Shown: positions 26,398 through 35,987 of the stretch, in pieces
Layout: the number at the start of each line of letters is the position of its first letter
How positions within the stretch are numbered: position 1 is the stretch's first letter
Source: a bacterium
Lineage (GTDB): Bacteria; Patescibacteriota; Microgenomatia; UBA1400; PJMF01
Direction of reading: 5' to 3'
DNA length: 43,943 nt
Assembly: GCA_017431585.1 (NCBI GenBank)
Contig: JAFRKU010000088.1
Span: 1 to 43,943, forward strand
Notes under the pieces: generated by a model
Seen by the model: only the letters and a program-made list of their open reading frames with translations
Databases searched by the model: none
Told to the model about the DNA's origin: nothing
Translations under genes and position numbers: made by a program

Positions 26398-27213
26398 ATG
26401 AGCGAGAAACTACCAGTTAGCGTGATCATTATTGCCCGGAATGAAGCGGCGAATTTGCGGCGGTTGCTGCCGCAGTTGGTTTGGGCGAGCGAAGTGATAG
26501 TGGCAGCTAATGACTGCCAAGACGAGACGGTGGCGGTGGCGGAGGAAAACGGAGCGCGGGTGGAAACCATCGAGACAACTGATTTTGCGGCGCTGCGGAC
26601 ACGGGCGATGGATTGGGCGAGCCAGCCGTGGCTGTTTTATGTGGACGCCGACGAGCGGGTGACACCGGCTTTGCAGGCGGAAATCGCGGGGCTGGTGACG
26701 CAAGCTGGCAGTCGGGTGACGGCGGGGCGATTGCGCCGGCTTAATTTCCACTACGGAGCGCCGATGCGCTACGGTGGCTGGCAAAATGACTACGTGACGC
26801 GTATTTTTCGGCGCGATAGTTTGCAAGGTTGGCAGGGAGAAATCCACGAAAGCCCGGTTTTTGAGGGTGAGGTGAAAACGCTGCTGTCGCCTTTGTGGCA
26901 TTTGACTCATCGGTGCACGGCGGATAATTTGCGCAAGAGTGCTGATTGGACAATTAAGGAAGCGCGTTTGCTAGCGGCTAGTCCCATCGCACCGGTGACA
27001 GCGGTGACAATTGCGCGCAAAATGAGCATGGAATTTTTCCGCCGCTATATGCGCGATGGTGGCTGGCGCGACGGGATGGCGGGTTTTGTGGAAAGTCTGG
27101 TGCAAGCGATGAATCGGGGTTTGGTGTATATCCAAGTGTGGGAATTGCAACAGCAGCCCACACTGGCCGGTAAATATGAGCTACTGGAAAAAGAAGTGCA
27201 AAATCAGGTATAA
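26398..27213 (+). CDS. Family-2 glycosyltransferase
   Basis: 271 aa: VSVIIIARNEAANLRRLLPQL...WLFYVDADERV (DxD). ATG lies 6 nt after TATAAT 26386..26391. Confidence 0.8.
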   Translation: MSEKLPVSVIIIARNEAANLRRLLPQLVWASEVIVAANDCQDETVAVAEENGARVETIETTDFAALRTRAMDWASQPWLFYVDADERVTPALQAEIAGLVTQAGSRVTAGRLRRLNFHYGAPMRYGGWQNDYVTRIFRRDSLQGWQGEIHESPVFEGEVKTLLSPLWHLTHRCTADNLRKSADWTIKEARLLAASPIAPVTAVTIARKMSMEFFRRYMRDGGWRDGMAGFVESLVQAMNRGLVYIQVWELQQQPTLAGKYELLEKEVQNQV

Positions 27214-27221
27214 TTTGAGTT

Positions 27222-28328
27222 ATGCGAATTGTATTTTACTCACCATATTTACCTAAACATTTCGGTGGCGGCGAAAAATATTTGTTTGATACGGCGCTGG
27301 TGTACGCGCAAAAACATCGCGTGGATATTGCTTTGCCGGCGGATTGCGATCAAAAAGATGTGGACAAAATTAAAAAAGCTTATCAAAAACATTTGGGCGT
27401 GGATTTAAAGGCGCTGAATTTCGTCATTTCACCATTCGGAGCAGCGAAAAAAAAGTGGCAACGGTTGCTGTGGACCATGCGCTACGACGTGGTGTATTTT
27501 GTGACGGACGGGAGTGCGTTTTATTCGCTGGCGCGGCGCAACATTATGCATATTCAGGTGCCACTGCTTTTGGGGCGAAAAAGTGGTTGGGAGCGAGTGA
27601 AGTTTAAGCGGTTTAAAGTGATTAACGCCAACTCGAATTTTACCAAAAAAACCGTGGAAAAATATTGGGATATCAAGGTAAATATGGTGTGCCAACCTGG
27701 GGTGGAGGTTGGCGAGTTTCAGTTGCCGCCGGCGGCTACCAAAGAAAAAATTATTTTAAACGTGGGCCGGTTTTTTGACAGTTTGCATACCAAAAATCAG
27801 GATTCGCTGGTGGAATTTTGGCGCGAGTTGTGCCAAAAGCATCCGGAAGAGACGAAAGATTGGAAATTGGTACTGGTAGGCAAGGTGGAAAGCGAAGAGT
27901 ATGCGGCGCGGGTGGCGCAATTGGCGGCCGGGGCGAGCGTGGAAATATATCACGAAGTGTCGCACGAACAATTGGTGGAGTGGTACCGGCGAGCGGCGAT
28001 TTATTGGCATGCGACCGGCTGGCGCGATCAAGAATGGGAACATCCGGAACGAATGGAACATTTTGGGATTTCTACGGTGGAAGCGATGGCGGCCGGAGCG
28101 GTGCCGATTGTAGTGGCCAAAGGCGGACAAAAAGAAATTTTGGGCCAGAAGTTGCGAGAGTGTGCGTGGGAAAACAAAGCTGAATGTTTGCGCTTGACAC
28201 TGCAAGTGATGAAAAATGAAAAATTGCGTCAGCAATGGAGTGAGTTGGCCAGCAAACGCGCGGCTAATTACGACATGAAACAGTTTGCGAAACGGTGTTG
28301 GCAAATGTTGGAAAGTAAAAGAATATGA
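27222..28328 (+). CDS. GT-B glycosyltransferase (family 4 / group 1)
   Basis: 368 aa. The C-terminal EHFGISTVEAMAAGAVPIVVAKGGQKEIL matches the E-x7-E region. The upstream stop TAA is embedded in a TATAAT (27209..27214) that lies 7 nt from this ATG. Confidence 0.8.
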   Translation: MRIVFYSPYLPKHFGGGEKYLFDTALVYAQKHRVDIALPADCDQKDVDKIKKAYQKHLGVDLKALNFVISPFGAAKKKWQRLLWTMRYDVVYFVTDGSAFYSLARRNIMHIQVPLLLGRKSGWERVKFKRFKVINANSNFTKKTVEKYWDIKVNMVCQPGVEVGEFQLPPAATKEKIILNVGRFFDSLHTKNQDSLVEFWRELCQKHPEETKDWKLVLVGKVESEEYAARVAQLAAGASVEIYHEVSHEQLVEWYRRAAIYWHATGWRDQEWEHPERMEHFGISTVEAMAAGAVPIVVAKGGQKEILGQKLRECAWENKAECLRLTLQVMKNEKLRQQWSELASKRAANYDMKQFAKRCWQMLESKRI

Positions 28329-30862
28329 CAACACCCATTAGCGTGGTGATTCCGGATTACAAAGGTCTGAATTTATTGCAGGCCAATTTGCCGACGGTGG
28401 TGGCGGAGTTGGTGGATGGTGATGAAATAATTATCAGCGAAGACGCGGCTGACGAGCGCAGGACACGAGAAGATTTTGTCTCCCGGTATCAGTTGCAACC
28501 GGTGGTGCGCCAGCAAGTGCCGGGGCAGGTGTGGCAAAAGTGGGTGACAATGGCGGGCAAAAAAATTCACTTAGTGTTTTTGCAGCGGGCGCAAAATGGG
28601 CGGTTTGCCCGCAATGTCAATGATGCGGTCAAGTTGGTCAACAATCGTTTCTTTTTGCTGCTAAATAACGATGTTCAGCTGCAAAAAGGCGTGCGCGAGC
28701 AGTTGTTAGGCGAGTTGGCGGACGAAAAAGTGTTTGCGGTGACGGCTCGGGAAATCGATGTCCACGATGGTCATCGGGAGTCGGGGCGCAATAAATTGTG
28801 GTGGCGGGCGGGCCGTTTTTGGCACAGCCGCGATGAAGATGTGCACAGCAGTGGCGAAACGGCGTGGGCTTGCGGGGGCAGTAGTATGTACCGGACGGCC
28901 TACTGGCGCGAGCTGGGCGGCTTTGACACGCGCTATTATCCGGCTTACTGGGAAGACATCGACGTGTCGTGGCAGGCGCGAGCGCGCGGCTACAAAGTTT
29001 TGTATAAGCACACCGCGGTGGTTAATCATGTCCACGAAACTACCAACGCGACGGTGTTTGGCCGAGAGCGAATGATAGCGATGAGTTGGCAGGCGGGGAC
29101 AAAATTTGCTTGGAAAAATAGCAACTGGTGGCAGAAGTGTCAATTTATACTGATGTATCCGTATTGGTTGCTGAAGCAATATCCACAATTGTGGTGGTGG
29201 GTGGGGGTGGTAGCGGTGTGCGCGCTGACGCGGTTGGCGGTGATTAATACGCCGCACGGCTTGACGGTGGACGAGGCGGCCATCGGCTACAATGCTTATG
29301 GTATTTGGACGCAAAGGCGCGACGAATGGGCCAATAAATTGCCAGTGTCGTTTCGCTCTTACGGTGACTTTAAAGCGCCGCTGGCGATTTATGCGACCGC
29401 ACCGTGGGTGGGTATGCTGGGCATGCGGGTGTGGAGTGTGCGCTTGAGTTTTGTTTTGGCTGGTATCATGAGCGTGTGGGGACTGATGAAACTGGTGGAC
29501 GAATTGTTGTCTCGTGTCAAGCCCAATCATCAAACGTGGGCGGCGGCGGCCGGTTTTTTGATGACGGTGTCGCCGTGGCATTATCATTTTTCACATTTGG
29601 GCTTTGAAAACAATTGGGCGCTGGTCGGTGTGCTGTGGGGCATGTATGGTTGGCTGAAATTTGTGCACGCGCGCACCAACTGGCGCGGCAAACTTTTGAG
29701 TGAGACGTGGTGGAGCGCGCCGCTTTTGGGCAGCGGAGTGGCGCTGGTGGCGGCACTGTATAGTTATCATGCGGCCAAAGTGGTAGTGCCTTTGTTTGTG
29801 CTGGTGGCGCTGATCGGTTACTGGCCGGTGTGGCGAGCGCGGTGGCGAAGTTTGGCGGTGGCGCTGATGGTGGCGGTGGTGCTGGCGTGGCCTTTGCTGG
29901 CGGATAGCATTTGGGGCGAAGGTTTCACTCGGGCGGGTAGCTCGTTTATGTTTGATGCCCAAGTGCCATGGTCGCAAAAGGCGACGATGCTGGTGAGCAG
30001 TTATACGGCGCACTGGCAGCCGGCCTATTTATGGGCGGGGCAATTGTACGAAGCGCAAACGACGACGGGTCAATGGTTGGCGAATGTCCGCCACGGCGAC
30101 GGGGCGCACGGGATTCTAACGCTCGCGGAGACAAGCTTGATACTATTATTAATAGCCAGCGTGACACGTTTTGGTGAAGTGCGCCGTGATGCTGGCGAAG
30201 CAATAGCGTGGGGCGCGGCGTGGTGGCTGCTGGGCGTAGTACCGGCGGCGCTGACGACGCAAGTGCCACATAGTAACCAAAGTTTTTTGGCGGTGCCGGG
30301 AGTGATAATTTTGGCGGTGACCGGTTGGGCGACATGGCGAGCGTGGTGGCGGAGGCAAAATTTAAAATTTTATCCCGGAGTGATGGTGTTGGTGGCGGTA
30401 TTGATTAGTTTGGGCTTTATGCAACGAGTGAGCGCTTACAAAATGGTGTTTGGCAGCGCCAAACAGATAGCTGCTGTGAGTTCACAGCCAGATGTGGCGA
30501 CTGATGTGGCACGGCAGACGGCCAGCGATTATTTTTTCGCTACGGATTTGTTGGATGCTGTGCGCGAGAGTGAAAAAATTGAGCATCGGGGGACGTCAAT
30601 CGTGCTGTCGACTCATTTTGAGCAAGAATATATTTATGTGTTGATTGCGCGGCACATCAAACCACTGGAGCGATATTTGGCCAATGAATTTTTGCAAGTC
30701 AGTCAGTTGGAAGAAAAATATTTTTTGGATAAAAAGCGTATTTTGATTTACACGCCGGATAAATTAATCAATCGCGATTGGAAGCAACATTGTGCGCGTA
30801 CTACGGTGTGGATCGATGGCGCGGGCCGGCCGAAAATAACGCTGTGCGTGACGAAAGAGTAA
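28325..30862 (+). CDS. Fusion protein: family-2 glycosyltransferase + GT-C (ArnT/PMT family-39-like) membrane glycosyltransferase
   Basis: 845 aa. The N-terminal ~270 aa read ISVVIPDYKG...LLLNNDVQL...YPAYWEDIDVSWQARARGYKV (GT2). The rest is polytopic, with the first-loop motif LTVDEAAIGYNAYGIW...YGDFKAPLAIY. The ATGA overlap with the previous gene indicates coupling. Confidence 0.8.
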   Translation: MTTPISVVIPDYKGLNLLQANLPTVVAELVDGDEIIISEDAADERRTREDFVSRYQLQPVVRQQVPGQVWQKWVTMAGKKIHLVFLQRAQNGRFARNVNDAVKLVNNRFFLLLNNDVQLQKGVREQLLGELADEKVFAVTAREIDVHDGHRESGRNKLWWRAGRFWHSRDEDVHSSGETAWACGGSSMYRTAYWRELGGFDTRYYPAYWEDIDVSWQARARGYKVLYKHTAVVNHVHETTNATVFGRERMIAMSWQAGTKFAWKNSNWWQKCQFILMYPYWLLKQYPQLWWWVGVVAVCALTRLAVINTPHGLTVDEAAIGYNAYGIWTQRRDEWANKLPVSFRSYGDFKAPLAIYATAPWVGMLGMRVWSVRLSFVLAGIMSVWGLMKLVDELLSRVKPNHQTWAAAAGFLMTVSPWHYHFSHLGFENNWALVGVLWGMYGWLKFVHARTNWRGKLLSETWWSAPLLGSGVALVAALYSYHAAKVVVPLFVLVALIGYWPVWRARWRSLAVALMVAVVLAWPLLADSIWGEGFTRAGSSFMFDAQVPWSQKATMLVSSYTAHWQPAYLWAGQLYEAQTTTGQWLANVRHGDGAHGILTLAETSLILLLIASVTRFGEVRRDAGEAIAWGAAWWLLGVVPAALTTQVPHSNQSFLAVPGVIILAVTGWATWRAWWRRQNLKFYPGVMVLVAVLISLGFMQRVSAYKMVFGSAKQIAAVSSQPDVATDVARQTASDYFFATDLLDAVRESEKIEHRGTSIVLSTHFEQEYIYVLIARHIKPLERYLANEFLQVSQLEEKYFLDKKRILIYTPDKLINRDWKQHCARTTVWIDGAGRPKITLCVTKE
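28699..28712 (+). repeat. GCAGTTGTTAGGCG 14-mer, exact copy 1
   Basis: gcgcgaGCAGTTGTTAGGCGagttgg. Reads Q-L-L-G in frame within the GT2 domain. Confidence 0.9.
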
Positions 30863-30863
30863 G

Positions 30864-32561
30864 ATGTGGCGAGCGTGGTGGCAACAACTACAAACACAAA
30901 AAATCCATTGGGGACATTGGAGTGTGATTGTGTTGATCGCCTTACTAGTGCGGGTGTGGCAATTTGGGCGGGTGCCGGTGAGTTTGTATTGGGACGAGCA
31001 AGCGCTGCTTTATGACGCGTGGAGTATTGCCCAAACGGGCCGAGATTATCACGGTCAATTTTTACCGCTGGTCGCTTTCAATAGTTTCGGCGATTTCAAA
31101 CCGAGCGGCTATTTTTATGCGGTGGCACTGGTGCTGCAAATCGTGGGTGCCAGGGAATGGGCGGTGCGGGTGCCGAGTTTGCTATCGGGGGTGATCAGCG
31201 TGATTTTAATTGGGATTATTGCTGATAAAATGTGGGGAGGTAAACGGCGTGGCGGCTGGAGGGTGGGCGAAATAGCGGCTTTGGTGGCGGCGATCAATCC
31301 GGCTTTTGTTCATTTGTCGCACGTGGGGTTTGAAACGCATGCGGCGACGTGTTGGCTTCTGGCTGGCGTGGCTCTCCTCTACCCGCGCGACGATGGGCGC
31401 TGGTCGTGGCAGTTGTTAGGCGGGGAATTGTGTTTGCTGGCGAGTTTTTACACTTATCATGCCACGCGGGTGATTGCGCCACTTTTGGGCATTTATTTGC
31501 TGGCGTGGAATATGTGGCGTGCGCACACGCGTCAGATCGCATGGCGAGAGAATATGGCGAAGCTGGCGGCGATGGTGGCGGTGGCAGCCGTGGGGGTGAT
31601 GCCTTTGGTGTGGCCGACGGCGAGCCAAAGTGTGACACATCGGCTGGCGGAAACTTCTATTTTTGCGCAAAGGGAAATCATTGAGGCGAGTAATCAGTGC
31701 CGAGCACTCGCGGGCGACACATGGGCGGCGAAGTGGTGGTGTCATCGTTACTGGTTTTGGGCGCGGGAAATGGCGTCGCGCTGGAGTGCGCATTTGAATT
31801 TGGATTATTTGTTTTGGCGCGGTGACGAGAACTGGCGGCACAGTATTCATTGGGCGGGCGTGTTTTTCCCGTGGGAGGCAATCGGTTTATTTTTGGGACT
31901 GGTGCATTTCGGAGCCAGGCGTAGACAAGGGCGAGCGGCCATCGGCTTTTTAATTTTTTGGTTGATGGTGGCTTTGCTGCCGGCGAGTGTGACGCTGGCG
32001 ACGCCGCATTTGTTGCGTTCGCTTTCATCGGTGCCGGTGTTAATTATAGCGGTGGCCGCTGGTTGGTGGTGGCTGGCAGAATTAATGGCGAAGTGGCGGT
32101 GGCGACAACTCGTGACGGTGGGGATCGTGGCGGTGTATGCAGCAGGCACGCTGGCGTGGCAATATGCGTACACGCATTGGTATGCGGCGGCAAGTGGTAG
32201 TGACTGGCAAGATGGCTACGAAGCGGCGCTGGCGCAATTGCGGGCGTGGCAAGAAAAATATCCGGATGATCCAGTGTATATAACCCGCGAGCTAGGTCGG
32301 CCGAGCGTTTATTATTTTTGGGAGAACAAAATTGACCCGCAGCGGGTACAAGCCACGGCGGAGACGGCGGCTTTTGATCAAGGTGAGTATTTGAATTTTG
32401 CACCCGAGCACGTCAGCTTTGGGATAGATTGGCACGAGGGGCCGCAATTGGTGATGATCACCCCGGCGGAAACCGGGCGCGTGACGGCGTGGGAAGCCAG
32501 CAGCGAAGTGCACAATAGTGCGGGCGAGGTGGTTTTGGTAGTGGGACGGAGTCAGCGATGA
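30864..32561 (+). CDS. GT-C (ArnT/PMT family-39-like) membrane glycosyltransferase
   Basis: 565 aa, polytopic, with VSLYWDEQALLYDAWSIAQTGRDYHGQFLPLVAFNSFGDFKPSGYFY in the first loop. Paralog of the neighbouring genes. Confidence 0.8.
   Translation: MWRAWWQQLQTQKIHWGHWSVIVLIALLVRVWQFGRVPVSLYWDEQALLYDAWSIAQTGRDYHGQFLPLVAFNSFGDFKPSGYFYAVALVLQIVGAREWAVRVPSLLSGVISVILIGIIADKMWGGKRRGGWRVGEIAALVAAINPAFVHLSHVGFETHAATCWLLAGVALLYPRDDGRWSWQLLGGELCLLASFYTYHATRVIAPLLGIYLLAWNMWRAHTRQIAWRENMAKLAAMVAVAAVGVMPLVWPTASQSVTHRLAETSIFAQREIIEASNQCRALAGDTWAAKWWCHRYWFWAREMASRWSAHLNLDYLFWRGDENWRHSIHWAGVFFPWEAIGLFLGLVHFGARRRQGRAAIGFLIFWLMVALLPASVTLATPHLLRSLSSVPVLIIAVAAGWWWLAELMAKWRWRQLVTVGIVAVYAAGTLAWQYAYTHWYAAASGSDWQDGYEAALAQLRAWQEKYPDDPVYITRELGRPSVYYFWENKIDPQRVQATAETAAFDQGEYLNFAPEHVSFGIDWHEGPQLVMITPAETGRVTAWEASSEVHNSAGEVVLVVGRSQR
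31409..31422 (+). repeat. GCAGTTGTTAGGCG 14-mer, exact copy 2
   Basis: gtcgtgGCAGTTGTTAGGCGgggaat. Reads Q-L-L-G in frame within a membrane segment. Confidence 0.9.
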
Positions 32562-34189
32562 AAAAATGGTGGTCGCGACTGAAACCATGGCTGCTGGAAT
32601 ACGGTTTGCTGGTGGTGATCGTGGTGGCGGGCAGTTGCTGGCGCCTCAGTCAGCTGGGACAATTGCCTCAGGGACTGAATCGTGACGAGGCGGCTCTCGC
32701 TTACAACGCGCTGCTGGTGGCACAAACCGGACAAGACGAATGGCAACAGGTTTATCCGGTGTTTTTTAAAAGTTTTGGTGATCAAAAATTACCTTTGTAC
32801 CCATATATTTTAGTGATTTTGTTCAAATTTTTACCACAGACAGATGTGATAGTGCGCTTGCCGAGTGCCATCTGCGGGATACTATTAATAATTGTCACTT
32901 ACGCTGTGGCCAAAATGGTGACCGGGCGCCACGGCTGGCTGGGTGCGAATTTAGCGGCGGCGATGGTGGCTGCCAGTCCGGTGTTTATTTGGTACTCGCG
33001 GGGTGCGTGGGAGGCCAATGTGGGTTTGCTGCTGCTGGCGGTGGCTGCAGGGCTTGCCTGCTGGCAATATCAAACGGGGAAATCTTGGTCGGTGAGGCGA
33101 TTAATCTTGATCCTATTATTATTGATGGGCAGTTGTTTGGCGTATAATGCGCCGCTGCTGATTTTGGTGGTGGCGATGTGGCTGATACCAATAGTTTGTT
33201 GGCGACGAGGTATCGGCTGGTGGGCGCCGCTGCTAGCGGGCGTGGCGGCGGTGGTGGTGATTGGTTTCGGGTTGCTGTTGCCTGTCGTCAATCAAAAACA
33301 AGGCATTAGTATTTTTAATGATCCAACGCTCATGTATGAATACACTTTGTATCGGCAGCAATTTAGCGGGGTAGCTCAAAAATTGGTGGGTAATTACTGG
33401 GTGTATGAAGCGCGATTAATACTGGAGGCCGTGATCAAAAGTTTTTCGCCGCAATTTTGGCAGCACGGCGGGTCACATCCGTGGCATCAACTTTCGGGTG
33501 AGGGTCATGTGACCATCATAGTGATGATAATTTTTGATGTGACTTTGATTTACCAGGTGGTGACGCTGGTGGCGCAAATGATCAAGCGACAAAAATGGTG
33601 GCAGCAAAAAAACTTTTGGTGGCTAGTGATATTATTGGTAACTTTGGTGCCGAGCGTGATTACCACAGATAGTCCGCATGCCACTCGGAGTTTACAATTT
33701 TTTTGGGTGCTGGCGGTGGGTGCGGGTTGGTCGCTGGCTGATTTATGGTCACAATTGGTGGCGGAGACAAAACGGCGTCAAATTGCTCTCACATCTGGCT
33801 CCGAAATGATAATTTTGGTTTTAAGTGTAGGGATCATTTTGCTGACGGGACAAAATTATTGGACTAATTATCAAACGAAATTGCGGGAGCATAATATTTA
33901 TCACAACAATTGGGCGCAGTTGTTAGGCGAGATAGAAAGTGAACGACTGACATTGGTGCGGGGTCCGGGCAGTGAGTATGAATACATTAAAATAGCGTGG
34001 GTCAGTCACATGAGTCCGGAAATTTTTTGGTCAACTTTGAGTCGGGCGGGCAGCGATGGAGTTGGTTTGCAAGGCGGGCGATATTTGGCGAATTTTCATT
34101 TCGTGGCGCCGACGGAAGAAGTGAGTGGTGAGTGGCAAAAAATTATTTTAAATGAGCAGACAGGTGAATGGGAGGTACAAGATGATTAG
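32558..34189 (+). CDS. GT-C (ArnT/PMT family-39-like) membrane glycosyltransferase
   Basis: 543 aa, polytopic, with LPQGLNRDEAALAYNALLVAQTGQDEWQQVYPVFFKSFGDQKLPLYPY. ATGA overlap with the previous gene. Confidence 0.8.
   Translation: MKKWWSRLKPWLLEYGLLVVIVVAGSCWRLSQLGQLPQGLNRDEAALAYNALLVAQTGQDEWQQVYPVFFKSFGDQKLPLYPYILVILFKFLPQTDVIVRLPSAICGILLIIVTYAVAKMVTGRHGWLGANLAAAMVAASPVFIWYSRGAWEANVGLLLLAVAAGLACWQYQTGKSWSVRRLILILLLLMGSCLAYNAPLLILVVAMWLIPIVCWRRGIGWWAPLLAGVAAVVVIGFGLLLPVVNQKQGISIFNDPTLMYEYTLYRQQFSGVAQKLVGNYWVYEARLILEAVIKSFSPQFWQHGGSHPWHQLSGEGHVTIIVMIIFDVTLIYQVVTLVAQMIKRQKWWQQKNFWWLVILLVTLVPSVITTDSPHATRSLQFFWVLAVGAGWSLADLWSQLVAETKRRQIALTSGSEMIILVLSVGIILLTGQNYWTNYQTKLREHNIYHNNWAQLLGEIESERLTLVRGPGSEYEYIKIAWVSHMSPEIFWSTLSRAGSDGVGLQGGRYLANFHFVAPTEEVSGEWQKIILNEQTGEWEVQDD
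33129..33142 (+). repeat. GCAGTTGTTtGGCG: 13/14 near-copy in a different reading frame
   Basis: Read as GGC AGT TGT TTG GCG (G-S-C-L-A). In this frame the consensus TAG would be a stop, and the copy carries TTG instead. Confidence 0.75.
33916..33929 (+). repeat. GCAGTTGTTAGGCG 14-mer, exact copy 3
   Basis: ttgggcGCAGTTGTTAGGCGagatag. Reads Q-L-L-G in frame near the C-terminal soluble part. Confidence 0.9.
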
Positions 34190-35987
34190 TGTTGTTTACG
34201 CGGTACACAATGAAGAAAAAATTTTGGCGCGCTCGCTGCAATCGGTGCAGCAGTGGACGGATGAAATCGTGGTGGTGGACGGTGAATCGACTGACACGAC
34301 GGCGGAAATCGCTAAAAGTTTTGGGGCGCGAGTGATAGAAACCACTAATAAGGCGAATTTCCATATCAACAAACAGATGGCAATTGATAAAGCGACCGGT
34401 GACGTGATTTTGCAGTTGGATGCGGACGAAGTGGTGGACGAGCAGTTTCGCGATTTTGTGCAAATGGTGGATCGGGAGCGACCGAGCGAGTGCGTGGCGT
34501 GGTATATTAAGCGGAAAAATTTATTTTTCCGGCGGTGGCTGACGAAAGGTGGGCAGTATCCGGACATGGTGATTCGGTTGTTTTATCGCGAGAAAGCTTA
34601 TTTGCCGCAAAAAGATGTACACGAGCAAATGACAGTGGATGGAGCTGTGGGCGTGGCTACGGGTCACTTGTTGCATTTTGCCAATCCGGATTTGGCCAGT
34701 TACTGGCGCAAATTTGACACCTACACCAGTTTTAAGGCGGCACAGCTGGCGGAAGAAAAAGTGCCGATTAATAAGTTTAACTTTTTTAAGTATTGGTTTT
34801 GGAAGCCGGCGGCCACTTTTTGGAGCATTTGGTTGCGCCATCGCGGCTACGTGGACGGCGGGGCCGGGTTTTTGTTTGCGCTTTTTTCCGGCTGGCATCA
34901 TCTGGTGGCGTACGCCAAATATGTGGAAAATGAGCGGCTGATGCCAGAGGGCAAAATTCAGGTTTATGTCCCGGGCAACAGTGTGGAAAAAAAGCAAGAC
35001 CGAGGAGTGGGGCGCTACACGCGTTGGCTGCTGGAGACGCTGGAAGAGCGTGGTCAGGTGACGCTCACCGACAAGCGAGAGACGGCGGACATTGTTCATT
35101 ATCCGTGGTGGGATTTGTATAAAGCGACGCTGCAAAAAGTGAACAGTGACCAAAAATTGGTGGTGACGGTGCATGATATTATTCCATATTTGTTTCCCGA
35201 TGATTATCCGGTGGGCATCATGGGCAAAATTAATTTTTGGCGTCAGCGACACCGGTTGCGACAAGCGACGATGGTGATTGCAGACAGCAATGCCACCAAA
35301 AAAGATGTCAGCGAAAAATTTCATCTGGATTCGGAAAAAATAAAAGTGGTGTATTTGGCAGCCAATCCGAATTTGCAACCGGCCAGCAACCAAGACATCG
35401 TCCAAGTGAAAAAAAGTTATGCTTTAAGCGAGCGCTACATTTTGTACGTGGGCGACATAAATTTCAACAAAAATTTGCCGCAACTGATTAAGGCTTTGAA
35501 ATTTGTGGATGATCAAGAGATGGATTTGGTGATGGTAGGCAAAAATTTTGTGCCGCAAGAAATTCCAGAGTGGCAAGTGATTAGCGAACAGTTGGATTTA
35601 AGTGAGGTGAAAAATCGGGTTAAGTTTTTGACGAGTGTGACGACTGATCGCGAACTAAGCGCTTTGTACAGCGGGGCGAGTGTCTACGTGCAACCTTCGT
35701 ATTACGAAGGTTTCGGTTTGCCGGTGCTGGAAGCGATGAGTTGCGGTTGTCCGGTGGTGTGCGCCAAAAATTCGTCACTGAGCGAAGTGGGCGGTCAGGC
35801 GGCGATTTATGCGGCCAGTACCCGAGCGGAAGATTTGGCAGCAGCGATTAACAAAGTCCAGCAACTGACGGCGAAGCAGCGCCAAGAAGTGATTGAACAG
35901 GGCCAAAGTTGGGCGGCGACTTTTACCTGGGATAAAACGGCGGCAAGAGTGGAAAAAGTGTATGCACAAGTGGTGGCAGCAAATTAA
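34182..35987 (+). CDS. Fusion protein: family-2 + family-4 glycosyltransferase
   Basis: N-terminus MISVVYAVHNEEKILARSLQSVQQWTDEIVVVDGESTDTT...LQLDADE (GT2). C-terminus YYEGFGLPVLEAMSCGCPVVCAKNSSLSEVGG (GT4). Start set to ATG 34182, 6 nt after GGAGG, overlapping the upstream gene by 8 nt. Confidence 0.8.
   Translation: MISVVYAVHNEEKILARSLQSVQQWTDEIVVVDGESTDTTAEIAKSFGARVIETTNKANFHINKQMAIDKATGDVILQLDADEVVDEQFRDFVQMVDRERPSECVAWYIKRKNLFFRRWLTKGGQYPDMVIRLFYREKAYLPQKDVHEQMTVDGAVGVATGHLLHFANPDLASYWRKFDTYTSFKAAQLAEEKVPINKFNFFKYWFWKPAATFWSIWLRHRGYVDGGAGFLFALFSGWHHLVAYAKYVENERLMPEGKIQVYVPGNSVEKKQDRGVGRYTRWLLETLEERGQVTLTDKRETADIVHYPWWDLYKATLQKVNSDQKLVVTVHDIIPYLFPDDYPVGIMGKINFWRQRHRLRQATMVIADSNATKKDVSEKFHLDSEKIKVVYLAANPNLQPASNQDIVQVKKSYALSERYILYVGDINFNKNLPQLIKALKFVDDQEMDLVMVGKNFVPQEIPEWQVISEQLDLSEVKNRVKFLTSVTTDRELSALYSGASVYVQPSYYEGFGLPVLEAMSCGCPVVCAKNSSLSEVGGQAAIYAASTRAEDLAAAINKVQQLTAKQRQEVIEQGQSWAATFTWDKTAARVEKVYAQVVAAN

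Noticed and set aside
4552-26484. Further weak look-alikes of the 14-mer: GCAGTTG-GGCGAG at 4552 and GCAGTTGGTTTGGGCGAG at 26467.
   Set aside because: They need indels of 1-3 nt to align and could arise by chance from common Q/L/G/E codons. They are not counted as copies.
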